From Myxococcota bacterium (lineage in GTDB: Bacteria > Myxococcota_A > UBA9160 > UBA4427): a stretch of DNA of 64,000 bases. Positions 49,509 to 58,995 of this stretch are shown here, piece by piece (the stretch's first letter is position 1; every line of letters begins with the position of its first letter). A model generated the notes under the pieces. That model was not told the DNA's origin. It searched no databases and worked only from the letters and a program-made list of their open reading frames with translations. Position numbers and translations under genes: made by a program. Where the stretch lies: contig OZ252299.1 of the NCBI GenBank assembly GCA_965250285.1, positions 3,104,001 to 3,168,000 of the forward strand. The letters run 5' to 3'.

Positions 49509-49700
49509 CGGGGGTCTCCGTATTTTGAGGGAATCGGACGGGCAATCCGAGCTGGGCGGCCGGTCTCGGATGCCCGATCTCGAGACGGGGGATCATACCG
49601 CAGGGCCGGTCGCGCGACGCGCCGCTGCTACCCTGAAGTCGACCGGGGCGGGCGAGCCGAATCGCTCGACGCCCCCATCCCCATACAGGGAGTTCCCAGG

Positions 49701-50708
49701 ATGGCCTCTTCCGAGCCCGCTTCGCTTCGCCCCGAGCCCTTCGTCGCCCGGCCGCCGATCTTCGTCCCCAAGGTGCTGCCCGACGGCTTCGACTTCAGAG
49801 GCATGGTCGAGCGCAACGCCCCCTACGCGCCGGTACAGCGCTACTTCGCGAACGCCGCGGCCGCGGTCTCGCAGTCGTCTCAGGCGCAGCCCGGGCCGCT
49901 CATCATCGCCCCGAACTTTCGGGGCGACTGGGCGTACAACGAACCGCTCGTCGAAGGCGCCGAGACCTTCCTGCATCAGCCCGACTTCGTTGCGGCGGCC
50001 GCCGAGATGTTCGGCAGCGATCGTGTGCGACCCTTTGCAGTGTTCTCGAACCTCACCTGGCAGCTGCCCTTCCCGCAAGGCGGTGGGCATACCGACGTGC
50101 CCGAGTTTCGCGGCTTCAACCGAAGCGATCACCCGACCTGGCTGCTGAACGCGATGGGTCACTCGCGTCTCTTCGAAGCCGAGCGCGTGAACATCGCGAC
50201 CGCCGTCGCGTGGTTCTACGAGGGGGCCGACGGCGGCTTCGACTACTGGCCCGAGGGCCCGGACGGCCCGCGCCGCAAGCACGAGGGCTCGATTCACGAC
50301 ACCGCGATCGTGGGCGACAACGACCGGATGTTCCATCGCGTTCGCGCCGTGGGCGATCGGGCGAACGGCATGCCCCAGGGCATGAGCCTCGACAGCCGAC
50401 TCGAGCACCTCGGCGGCGACCAGTGGCGCGTGCAGGATGGCGACACGACGATCGGCGCGTTCGAATGGCCGGCGCTTCGCATCAGCGTGTCGTGGAAGGC
50501 GCTCGTGTTCGCCGACGCCGCCGAAGAACGGGCGTACGATGAGCACACCGACGACCTCGATCTCGAGATCGTGCTCGACCGCTTCGAGGCCGACCTCGAC
50601 GCGCGGGGCATCCGGATGCCTCGGCCCGCCGAGCCGAGCCACGACGTCGGCTTCACCGAGCTGATCAGCGACGCCTACGTCTCGGGGCCGGGCACGGCGC
50701 CCGCGTAG
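49701..50708 (+). CDS. hypothetical protein, possible 2OG-Fe(II) oxygenase-like fold
   Basis: Coding-like composition; HTD...FHRV...R.SVS pattern; RBS GGGAG. Confidence 0.6.
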   Translation: MASSEPASLRPEPFVARPPIFVPKVLPDGFDFRGMVERNAPYAPVQRYFANAAAAVSQSSQAQPGPLIIAPNFRGDWAYNEPLVEGAETFLHQPDFVAAAAEMFGSDRVRPFAVFSNLTWQLPFPQGGGHTDVPEFRGFNRSDHPTWLLNAMGHSRLFEAERVNIATAVAWFYEGADGGFDYWPEGPDGPRRKHEGSIHDTAIVGDNDRMFHRVRAVGDRANGMPQGMSLDSRLEHLGGDQWRVQDGDTTIGAFEWPALRISVSWKALVFADAAEERAYDEHTDDLDLEIVLDRFEADLDARGIRMPRPAEPSHDVGFTELISDAYVSGPGTAPA

Positions 50709-50761
50709 GGGGCGAGGGGCCGGCGGTCCGCTTCGGCCTCCGCCTCAGCCTGCGCCTCGCG

Positions 50762-51523
50762 TCACGCCTCGACCTTCGGCTCGGCCGCCCAGCGAATGCC
50801 ACGCTCGAGCAGCTCGTGGTAGACGGGCAGCTCCCAGGCACCGCGTTCGATGACCGGGTACTCGTCCATGAGCGGCCGCATGTCCCACTTGCCCCGGCAG
50901 TGGCCGAGGGTGAGGTAGAGCACGCAGCCCGCGCCGACCGGGTGCAGGTACATGACCAGTCGCGGATCGTCGTCGGGCCAGTCGTCGTACTCGAAGCCCA
51001 GCGCCTTGCCGGTGTACCGCGTCTCGAGCAGCGCCTCGATGCCGCCCTCCCCTTCGATCATCTCGCAGAGGTAGAGCTCGTCCTCGGTCTCGAACGATTC
51101 GATCCCCTTCATCAGCGGGTGGTCGGGGTTGGCCACCGTGACCGTGTAGGGCTCGATCGGCGGATGCGCGAGGAAGCGACTGCCGAGGGTCTCCATCAGG
51201 ATCGGGTACTCCTCGGGGCAGTGGAACGGCTTGCCCGGCGAAGGCTCGAGCAGCGCATTCGTGCCGTGCAGCGCGAACCACCGGCCCCCGGCGCGAACCC
51301 AGTCGCGCAGCGCGCGCTGAGCCGACTCGGTCGGGCGGACGTCACACGTGTAGGTGATGAGCAGATCTGTGTCGGCCAGCGCATCGACGTCTTCGTAGTC
51401 TTCGCGCACGCAGGTGCGGATGCGCGTGTCGCGCTCGAGGTGCTCGCAGAGGCGCAGACGCGCGTAGTCCATGTCGTGGTACTTGCCGCCGCAGACGAGC
51501 AGCGCATTCAACGGCAGGGGCAT
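50762..51523 (-). CDS. ThuA-like (class I glutamine amidotransferase-like) protein
   Basis: GGKYHD, GG.W.ALH, G..F..HPP, DELY, YLTLGH, RGI.WA. Confidence 0.8.
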   Translation of the reverse strand: MPLPLNALLVCGGKYHDMDYARLRLCEHLERDTRIRTCVREDYEDVDALADTDLLITYTCDVRPTESAQRALRDWVRAGGRWFALHGTNALLEPSPGKPFHCPEEYPILMETLGSRFLAHPPIEPYTVTVANPDHPLMKGIESFETEDELYLCEMIEGEGGIEALLETRYTGKALGFEYDDWPDDDPRLVMYLHPVGAGCVLYLTLGHCRGKWDMRPLMDEYPVIERGAWELPVYHELLERGIRWAAEPKVEA

Positions 51524-51733
51524 GCATTCTCCTCCGAGGGTCGGGCCGAACCCGGCGCAGCCCTGATTGTGCCCCGAATCGAGCCGCCCGGGGATGCCCG
51601 CTTCGGGCGCCCGCGTGTCGCGAAAGGCAGCCGCGTATCGCGAAGGGCCCCGGCGTGCCGCGAAGGCCGGCCGCGGCCGAGCGCATTATGCTCTCGGGGC
51701 GCCCACCGCTCCGGCTCCCGGGAGGATCCCACC

Positions 51734-52105
51734 ATGTTCGACTCGGCCCTCGACCACGTCTCGATCACCGTCGACGACTTCGAGGCGGCGCGCCCGTTCT
51801 ACGAGGACGTGCTCGGCTTGAAGCAGGATCCCACGCGACCGGCGTTCGGCGTCGCCGGCGCCTGGTACGGGGTGGGGAACAGCCAGATCCATCTGATCGA
51901 AGTGCCCGCCGATGCCGACCTCGGCACCAAGCCCCCGAAGCTCGTGCCGATGGCGCCGCACCTCGCGCTGCGCGTCGACGACTACGACGCGACGGTCGCC
52001 CACTTCAAGGCGCGCGACATCGAGGTGTTCGAGACGAACGCCGACAACGGGCAGTGCTGGGTGCGGGATCCCGCCGGCAACATCATCGAGCTGACCGCAC
52101 GCTGA
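51734..52105 (+). CDS. VOC/glyoxalase family protein
   Basis: LDHVSI, FYEDVLGL, HLALRVDD, RDPAGNIIEL. Confidence 0.9.
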   Translation: MFDSALDHVSITVDDFEAARPFYEDVLGLKQDPTRPAFGVAGAWYGVGNSQIHLIEVPADADLGTKPPKLVPMAPHLALRVDDYDATVAHFKARDIEVFETNADNGQCWVRDPAGNIIELTAR

Positions 52106-52138
52106 CAGCACGCGCTCGCCGAGCCCGCTGGCGATCCG

Positions 52139-53020
52139 CTAGCCGAGCCAGTCGGCGACACGCTCGACCTGCGCGACGTCGATCGACGTCGGCACCAGGA
52201 ACACTTCGTCGGTGCCCAGCGCGGCGAGCTCGTCGAGCGTCGCGCGCAGCGCCGACGCATCCCCCGCAAAACCGGTCGTCGGCACGACCGAGTCGACGAA
52301 CGACGACGGCAGCCAGCTGAGATAGCGGCGCAGATGCCCGCCGATCTGGTCGCGCGGGTCATCGCCCGCCGCGAACCAGAAACCCACCGAGAGACGCGGC
52401 GCCGGCTTGTCGGCGGTTTGCCACGCCTCGCGGGCCCGGTCGAACGCCGTCGCGATCTCGCCGGCGTCGGGCCCCCAGCTGAAGCCCGAGAGGCCGTCGG
52501 CCCAGCGCGCTGCCTTCGCGATCGCGCGCGGCCCGAGGGCGCCCGCGAGCAGCTCGGGCCCGCCCGGCTGCACGGGCTTCGGTTCGAGCGCGCGGTCGAT
52601 GCCTCGGCCGATCGGCTCGCCCGACCACAGCGCGCGCAGCTTCTGCGCGCGGCGCACGAGCTCGTCGTTCGTCTTCGCCGACAGATCCGCCCCGACGGCG
52701 ATGTAGTCTTCTTCGCGCCCGCCGATGCCGAGACCGACGCTCAACCGCCCGCCCGAGAGCACGTCGACGGTCGCGAGCTGCTTGGCGAGCCACACCGGGT
52801 CGTGCATGGGGCCGATGACGACCGTGGTGACGAGCTGGACGCGCTCGGTCAACACGGCGCACGCAGCGAGCAGCGTCGTCAGCTCGGGGTTCACGAACGC
52901 GATGCGCTCGCCCATCGCCAGCGAGTGCCACGGCCCCGCCTCCACGACCTGCACCCAGCGCCGGAGCGCCTCACGATCGAGGCCCGGCTCCATCACGGGC
53001 AGCGTCATCGAGATCTTCAT
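52139..53020 (-). CDS. LLM class flavin-dependent oxidoreductase
   Basis: TERVQL.T.V, LAKQLATVDVLSGGRL.VGLG.G, PKPVQPGGP, AARWADG. Confidence 0.92.
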   Translation of the reverse strand: MKISMTLPVMEPGLDREALRRWVQVVEAGPWHSLAMGERIAFVNPELTTLLAACAVLTERVQLVTTVVIGPMHDPVWLAKQLATVDVLSGGRLSVGLGIGGREEDYIAVGADLSAKTNDELVRRAQKLRALWSGEPIGRGIDRALEPKPVQPGGPELLAGALGPRAIAKAARWADGLSGFSWGPDAGEIATAFDRAREAWQTADKPAPRLSVGFWFAAGDDPRDQIGGHLRRYLSWLPSSFVDSVVPTTGFAGDASALRATLDELAALGTDEVFLVPTSIDVAQVERVADWLG

Positions 53021-53182
53021 CGCAGTCGTCTCACTCCTCGAACTTCTCGACCTCCTCGAAACCGGCGCCCGGAGCGTCAGATTTCGCGTGAGGTTGCACG
53101 TTTTCGCGCCCCACGGTCGCAGATCGCGGGTGGGGTCGGATATGTAGTCAACTCCCCATGCGGTTCGCTCGATGCGCCCCTC

Positions 53183-53932
53183 ATGGCCGTGCTCGTCATC
53201 TCCATCCCGCTCTGCGCCCTGATGCTGTTCGTCGGCGTGCGCGTCCTCGTCGTGACGCGAAGAGCGGGCGGCACGACCGAGCAGCTGGTCGGCGATGCGT
53301 TCGTGCTGCTCGGCCTCGGTGGCCTACCGGGTCTGCTCGCCGGCCACGGTGACCTCTTCGCGCCATCGATCCAGCCGACGTTCTTCTGCGCCGGTCAGAT
53401 CCTGATGGCCGGCGCGTTCTGCTGTCTCTACCTCTTCGCGTGGCGCTGCTTCGGCCGCGCAACGCAGTGGCGCAAGGGGCTCGCGCTGACCGGCATTGCG
53501 GGTCAGGTCGCCGGCTTCGCTGCCCTCGGCGTGCTCGAAGGCTTCGAGCCCCAGAGCGGCGGCGTCGTGCGCTTCGTCTCGCTCTCGCGGTTGATCGCGA
53601 TCGGGTGGTGCTTCGCCGAGTCGCTCCACTACTGGCGGCTGATGAGGCGACGCGGCGGGCTCGGCCTCGCCGACCCGGTCGTGACGAATCGCTTCGCCCT
53701 GTGGTGCGGCTGGACCGGCGGGCTCGTCGCCGCTTCGATGATCGTGGCCTTCGCCCGCTTCGCGCGCACGAACATCACGCTCGACTTCTCGAACCCCTTC
53801 GACGCGGTGATCATCGCCTCGACATTCGCAGCGCTCGTCGTGTCGATCATCAGCCTGACCCTCGCCTTCCTCCCCCCCGCTCGCTACCTCGACTGGGTCC
53901 GCCGGCGCGCCGACGCGAGCTCCCACGCCTAG
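53183..53932 (+). CDS. stand-alone 7-TM membrane protein of unknown function
   Basis: About seven hydrophobic segments; ES.HYW..MRRR..LGLADPVVTNRF.LW loop; PPARYLDW tail. Confidence 0.7.
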   Translation: MAVLVISIPLCALMLFVGVRVLVVTRRAGGTTEQLVGDAFVLLGLGGLPGLLAGHGDLFAPSIQPTFFCAGQILMAGAFCCLYLFAWRCFGRATQWRKGLALTGIAGQVAGFAALGVLEGFEPQSGGVVRFVSLSRLIAIGWCFAESLHYWRLMRRRGGLGLADPVVTNRFALWCGWTGGLVAASMIVAFARFARTNITLDFSNPFDAVIIASTFAALVVSIISLTLAFLPPARYLDWVRRRADASSHA

Positions 53933-53982
53933 CCGCCGCCTCTGCGACGCGCCGCGCGCTTCGCGTCCTGCGTCGTCGCGCC

Positions 53983-55278
53983 CTACGTCGTGTAGTCGGC
54001 GTTGATGTGGATGTACTCGTGGGTCAGGTCGCAGCCCCACGCCTTGAAGCGGTGGCGGGGCTCGCCGATCTCGACGCCGATCCGCGTCGTCTTCGCCTTG
54101 CGCATCGCCTGGGACAGCCCCTCGAGGTCGGCCTCGACCGCCGCCCCGCGATCGAAGACCGTCTCGCCCATCACGCGAATCACGAGCGACGCCGGGTCGA
54201 CCCGATCGAACGAGACGTCGGCCACCGGCTTGCCGATCGCCATCACGATGCGACCCCAGTTCGGATCGGCGCCGTGCACCGCCGTCTTCATGAGCGGCGA
54301 GTTGATCAGCGTCTTGGCGAGCGCGCGGGCATCGGCTTCGTTCGTCTCGACGGCGACCTCGACCTCGATCAGGTTTTCGACGCCCTCGCCCCGCCCCACC
54401 ACGTCCCGCGCCAGCTTGGCGCAGAGCATCAGCAGCGCCCGCTCGAAGTCGGCGACGGCCGCGGTCGGTACGTCGACTTCGTCGGTGCTGAAGATCGCGA
54501 CCGTGTCGCTCGTGCTGGTATCGCTGTCGACGCTGATGGCGTTCCACGTGCGCTCGGCGCAGCGGCGCAGCATCGCGTCGAGCTCGCTCGACGGCAGCCG
54601 AGCGTTCGTGAAGAGATAGCCGAGCATCGTGGCCATGTTCGGCTCGATCATGCCCGCGCCCTTCACGAACCCGCACAGCACCAGATCGCCGAGCTTCACC
54701 GATGCCCACTTCGGCGCCGGGTCGGTCGTGAGGATCGCCTCGGCGGGCCCTTCGAGCGCCCCCGGTTCGAGCCCGTCGGCCAGGCCCGGGATGCCGCCGA
54801 GAATGCGATCCATCGGCAGCGGCACCCCGATCACACCGGTGCACGAGAGCAGGATGTCACCCGGTGCGACGTTCAGGTCTTCGGAGAGTGCCGCCAGAAT
54901 CTCGTCGACATGTCGGGCCCCGTCGGGCGTGAACACGTTGGCGTTCTTCGAGACGACGGCGAGACACTGCAGCCGGCCATCGGCCACGTTGGCGCGCCCC
55001 GAGACGACGGCGTCGCCCGGGCAGCGGTTTCGGGTGAAGATGGCGGCGGCGGGGCCCGGTCTGGGCAGCCGAACGGCGCAGAAATCGAGCACACCGGGGG
55101 GACCGACACCCAGGGCCCTGGCGACACTCTCGATGCCGGAGGGCTGGTGGACGAGCGCGTTCTCGAGCTCGACGCGGCCCGGGCCCGACTCGGCCTCGAA
55201 GGCGAAACGATCCTGCTCGCAGCCCACGCCGTCGATCTCGGTGAGCTCGATCGAGCGATCCGGCCAGATGAACGGCAC
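53983..55278 (-). CDS. argJ: ornithine acetyltransferase (ArgJ family)
   Basis: NANV, CTGVIG, AILTTD, KGAGMIEPNMATML autoproteolysis site, SPL.KTA.HG.DPNWGR, GCDLT..YI.IN..Y. Confidence 0.92.
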   Translation of the reverse strand: MPFIWPDRSIELTEIDGVGCEQDRFAFEAESGPGRVELENALVHQPSGIESVARALGVGPPGVLDFCAVRLPRPGPAAAIFTRNRCPGDAVVSGRANVADGRLQCLAVVSKNANVFTPDGARHVDEILAALSEDLNVAPGDILLSCTGVIGVPLPMDRILGGIPGLADGLEPGALEGPAEAILTTDPAPKWASVKLGDLVLCGFVKGAGMIEPNMATMLGYLFTNARLPSSELDAMLRRCAERTWNAISVDSDTSTSDTVAIFSTDEVDVPTAAVADFERALLMLCAKLARDVVGRGEGVENLIEVEVAVETNEADARALAKTLINSPLMKTAVHGADPNWGRIVMAIGKPVADVSFDRVDPASLVIRVMGETVFDRGAAVEADLEGLSQAMRKAKTTRIGVEIGEPRHRFKAWGCDLTHEYIHINADYTT

Positions 55279-55570
55279 CCGGGGACTCCCTCTTCGGTGA
55301 AGAACGTGGCGGCGGAAGCTAGCAGCACCCGCCCGCGCCCTCGATCGGGGCCTCTGGGCGCCCCGCGGCGGACCCGCTACGCTCCCGCGAGTTGTGCTCC
55401 GCACTCGTGCTCGGTTGGGACCCCAGCGAGTCGCGTGTTCTTTGCGGAGTGCGGTCCATCCCCGATCCAGGCTTCAAGGTGAGGCCACGAGATCTCGCGA
55501 GGACAAGATTCCCCGGCTCCACAGCGCCACCCAGTGCGGAGCAATGCCCGGCGTCGGGGAGGAGAGCGTT

Positions 55571-55774
55571 TTGGCACAAGGCACGGTCAAGTGGTTCAGC
55601 GACGAAAAGGGCTACGGCTTCATCACCCCCGATGACGGCTCGAAGGATCTCTTCGTTCATTTCTCGAACATCGTCGGCGATGGCTTCAAGTCGCTGCAGG
55701 ACGGCCAGAAGGTCTCCTACGAGCCCGCCGAGGGCCGTAAGGGTCCGGAGGCCACGTCGGTCCAGCCGCAGTAG
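55571..55774 (+). CDS. cold-shock domain protein
   Basis: GTVKWF, KGYGFI (RNP1), LFVHF (RNP2); TTG start with GGAGGAGAG RBS. Confidence 0.96.
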   Translation: MAQGTVKWFSDEKGYGFITPDDGSKDLFVHFSNIVGDGFKSLQDGQKVSYEPAEGRKGPEATSVQPQ

Positions 55775-55823
55775 GCGAATCGTCGTATCCGGTCGGCTCT
55801 CGTGAGTCGAGCGGACGAACACG

Positions 55824-55861
55824 AGAGGCGGCCCGTTTCGACGGGTCGCCTCTTCTCGTTT
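55824..55861 (+). terminator. intrinsic terminator after csp
   Basis: AGAGGCGGCCCGT-TTCG-ACGGGTCGCCTCT then TCTCGTTT. Confidence 0.7.
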
Positions 55862-56127
55862 CGGGCTTCGACTGAGCCCGGGCGCCCCGTTCGACCCGCG
55901 GTCTCGGCCGACCGCGGCCCAGCGCGGAACCCGCCGAGCAGGCGGGGCACCCAACCGCCGCTCTGTTCACGAGACAAGCAGGTGACCCCATCCGACCGCA
56001 TCGCCCCTCGCGCTCGCGCACCGATCGCTCCCCGCTCGGGTGGGGGGCGATCTCGATCGTCCTGCTGGGGTGCCTGCTGACGCTGCCCGGCCGGGCCAGC
56101 GCCCAGAGCGCCGGCGAGCGACAGCCC

Positions 56128-56940
56128 GTGCACTGGGCGTTCGGCGCGTTCCTCGGCACCGGTGTGTACCGGCTCGACGAAGGGCGCACGGCCTTCACGA
56201 TTCAGATCCCCGCGCGCTGGACGCTCAGCCGGTCGGCGCTCGGCCAGGACGGCGAGCGCCGTATCGGACTCGAGCTTCGCTTTCCCGTGACCCTGGGCGT
56301 GCTGACGGGCGACTCGATCCAGGACTACATCGACCAGTCGGTGTACGGCACGATCGCGTTCACACCCGGGATCGAGGCCGAGATCGAGGTGTTCCGCGAT
56401 CTCTGGCTGCGCCCTTCGTTCGCGATGGGCTGGGGCACCGAGCTCGGCCCCGATCCCGTCATCGACCCGAACGACCCCGACCCGCCCGAGGCGCTGTCGT
56501 CGGCGCTGATCTATCAGGTCGGGCTCAAGTCGCGATACAGGCTGCCCATCGACCGGGGCGTGTGGTCGCTGCTCGGCTTCGTGCAGTACGCCGGCTACAA
56601 CCCGAGCGAAGGCCCATCGGCCGATCTGCTGCTGGTCACCGGCGGCTTCGAGACGCGGCAACGGCTCGGCTCGCTGATGCGCGGCAACCATGCCCTCTTC
56701 TGGGAGACCCACGCCACGTACAACTACGTGAGCGACCTCGACCGGCTCCGCAACGGGCCCGGCCAGCCGGTCGGCATCGACGACTTCGTCGAGGTCGGGC
56801 TCGCCGTGAGCCAGGGCGTCGTGCCCTTTCGCCTCTTCGGGTGGCTGCCGATCGAGCGGGTGGGCATCGCCTTCCAGCTGAGCACCGACCTCGACTACCG
56901 CGCGGTAAAGCTGAACTTCCGTTCACCTTTTCGTCGCTAG
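56128..56940 (+). CDS. putative outer-membrane beta-barrel protein (5-prime end unresolved)
   Basis: Alternating aromatic/amphipathic strands; in-frame signal-peptide-like stretch lies upstream of the first start codon. Confidence 0.6.
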   Translation: MHWAFGAFLGTGVYRLDEGRTAFTIQIPARWTLSRSALGQDGERRIGLELRFPVTLGVLTGDSIQDYIDQSVYGTIAFTPGIEAEIEVFRDLWLRPSFAMGWGTELGPDPVIDPNDPDPPEALSSALIYQVGLKSRYRLPIDRGVWSLLGFVQYAGYNPSEGPSADLLLVTGGFETRQRLGSLMRGNHALFWETHATYNYVSDLDRLRNGPGQPVGIDDFVEVGLAVSQGVVPFRLFGWLPIERVGIAFQLSTDLDYRAVKLNFRSPFRR

Positions 56941-56965
56941 GCGGGCACGCCAGGCTCGGCCGCAA

Positions 56966-57466
56966 TCAGCCCGTGCGCGCGCCGTCGGCGATCGCGAGGA
57001 GCGCCTCGGCAACGGCCTCCTTGTGGTCGAGCAGCAGCAGCTTCGCAGGTCGATCCGGCCCGAAGAGCAGCGGGCCGAGCACGTCGCTGCCACACGCGAG
57101 CCGCACCACGAGCACGCGACCGGCGTGCCGGGCGACGACCGTTTCGACGCGACGGGCCATGCGCTCGGCACAGTCGTCCGTCACGAGCAAGAGCCGGGAC
57201 ACGCGTTCGCCGCGCGTGGCGCCGCTTCGGCGGTCGGCGCGCTGCATGCCGCGTAGCTCGGCGGCCAGCCGCTCTTCGGCTCGCTCGAGCCCCCGCGTCA
57301 CCTGCCCCGCCGCGTGAACGCTCTCGAGCACGTCGCGCAGCGCGCGCCCGAGCGGGACGACGGGCACCTCGAGCTGGCCCTTCGGCCAGAGGCGCTCGGT
57401 GCCCCTCAGCGCCCGCTCGACATCGGCGGTGCGCCCTTCGAGCTCGATGCGCTTCGGGAGCTTCAC
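56966..57466 (-). CDS. hypothetical protein with L7Ae/L30e-like pattern
   Basis: AGQVTRGLE...LLLVTDDCAE...DVLG...LLLLDH pattern. Confidence 0.55.
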   Translation of the reverse strand: MKLPKRIELEGRTADVERALRGTERLWPKGQLEVPVVPLGRALRDVLESVHAAGQVTRGLERAEERLAAELRGMQRADRRSGATRGERVSRLLLVTDDCAERMARRVETVVARHAGRVLVVRLACGSDVLGPLLFGPDRPAKLLLLDHKEAVAEALLAIADGARTG

Positions 57467-57509
57467 GCGTCGCCGGTACGGCGGGGCCGGGCCGGCCTCG
57501 AGTCGAACT

Positions 57510-58922
57510 TCATGCGCGCGCGGGCACCCATGACCCGTGAAATCCGTTGGGGACGCGCGTATCGAGGCGCGCCACGCACACCGGGCCTGCGTCGAGCTGT
57601 TGCGCGTCGAAGATCGCGAGCTCGCTCGTGTTCGTCGGGGCGCGGTAGATCACGCTGAGCACCCAGCCCTCGCCCTCGGGCGCATCGTCGGCGCGCGGCA
57701 CGAAGACCGGCTCCGATGCGTAGTCACCCTGCGGCAACGAGAAGGTCGTGCGCCGCCCGGCCTCGAGGTCGTAGTGCACGAGGGTGTCGTAGAGCGTGCG
57801 CGCCGCCGTGCCGTGCACGCTGGCTGCCGCCCAGCCGTGGCGATACGGCAGCCCGTTCACGCGATCGTCGATGCGCGGGAACTCGGCCGGCTCGTCATCG
57901 AGGCGTTCGGCGTGCCAGCCTTCGCTCTTCTCGGCCGACTCGATCGTCCAGCGCTCGAGGTACGCCAGCGCGTCGGCACGCTTCGGTCGGCTGCCATCGG
58001 CGCCCGGGAAGCCGGGCGCCGCGCCGTACTTCATCACATCGAGCACGATCGCGTCGCCGTCTTCGTACGCGTTCATCGGGTGGAAGACGTACGAGGGGTC
58101 GCCCGAGAGCCAGCGCACCTCGGTGACCGGCTGGTCGCGGCGCAGCACGCCGATGTGCGTCGGCAGGCTGCGATCGAACCCGATGAAGGGGCCGCCCTTC
58201 ATCGCGCGCCCGACGTCGATGGTCGCGGGGAAGATCGGGAACAACACGTAGTGCTCGGTGATGGCGAAGTCGTGGACCATCGAGCCGTACGGTGCGTCGA
58301 AGTGATCGACGCGAGTGAGGCGCCCCTCGGCGTCGGCCACGTAGTAGCCGAGACCCGGAGCCCCGAAGCCACCCACGCCGTACGCGAAGAAGTGCAGCTC
58401 GCCGGTCTTCGGATCGACCTTCGGGTGCGCCGTCATGTGACCGGGCAGCTTGCCGTCGAAGTCCCACGAGCCGAGCGAGCGCAGCGTGTCGGCCTCGAGC
58501 TCGAAGGGCGGGCTCGCCTCTTCGAGCGCCAGCAGCCGGCCGGCGTGAGAGACGATGTGGGTATTGGCGACGTTCGACGGGATGCCCTGCGCGCGCTCGT
58601 CGGTCTCGAGCGGATTGCCGAAGGCGCCAAAGAGCGCCTCGCCCGCCGCTGCGTCGGCCTCCCACTTCTTCGTGCGCACCCAGCGGTTGAGATACGACAC
58701 GCGTCCATCGCGCATGTGGAAGGCGTGCACCATGCCGTCGCCCGTGAAGTAGTGGTACGCGCCGCGGGGGGCGTGCAGCGGGTTGGGGCCGTTGCGATAG
58801 AGCGTGCCCTCGAGGCCGTCGGGCATGTCGCCCTCGAGCACCAGGTCGGGGGCGTCGACCTCGGCGCGCAGCGGCGCGTAGTTGCCGTTCAGGAAGGGAT
58901 GGTCGGGATAGGGCGTGGCCAT
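57510..58922 (-). CDS. carotenoid oxygenase / lignostilbene dioxygenase family
   Basis: RNGPNP, GDGMVH, TAHPK, MVHDF, VFHPMNAYE, EFPRID, SEPVFVP, GFHGSW (four Fe-binding His). Confidence 0.94.
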   Translation of the reverse strand: MATPYPDHPFLNGNYAPLRAEVDAPDLVLEGDMPDGLEGTLYRNGPNPLHAPRGAYHYFTGDGMVHAFHMRDGRVSYLNRWVRTKKWEADAAAGEALFGAFGNPLETDERAQGIPSNVANTHIVSHAGRLLALEEASPPFELEADTLRSLGSWDFDGKLPGHMTAHPKVDPKTGELHFFAYGVGGFGAPGLGYYVADAEGRLTRVDHFDAPYGSMVHDFAITEHYVLFPIFPATIDVGRAMKGGPFIGFDRSLPTHIGVLRRDQPVTEVRWLSGDPSYVFHPMNAYEDGDAIVLDVMKYGAAPGFPGADGSRPKRADALAYLERWTIESAEKSEGWHAERLDDEPAEFPRIDDRVNGLPYRHGWAAASVHGTAARTLYDTLVHYDLEAGRRTTFSLPQGDYASEPVFVPRADDAPEGEGWVLSVIYRAPTNTSELAIFDAQQLDAGPVCVARLDTRVPNGFHGSWVPARA

Positions 58923-58995
58923 GGGGCGGTGCTCCGAGCGGGTGTCAGCGGGCGTCGGGCCGGGCCGCAGACGCGAGCGATTTCGATGCCGAAGT

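Noticed and set aside
55380..55570. csp 5-prime UTR thermosensor
   Set aside because: Plausible by analogy, but I could not define a promoter or a convincing structure
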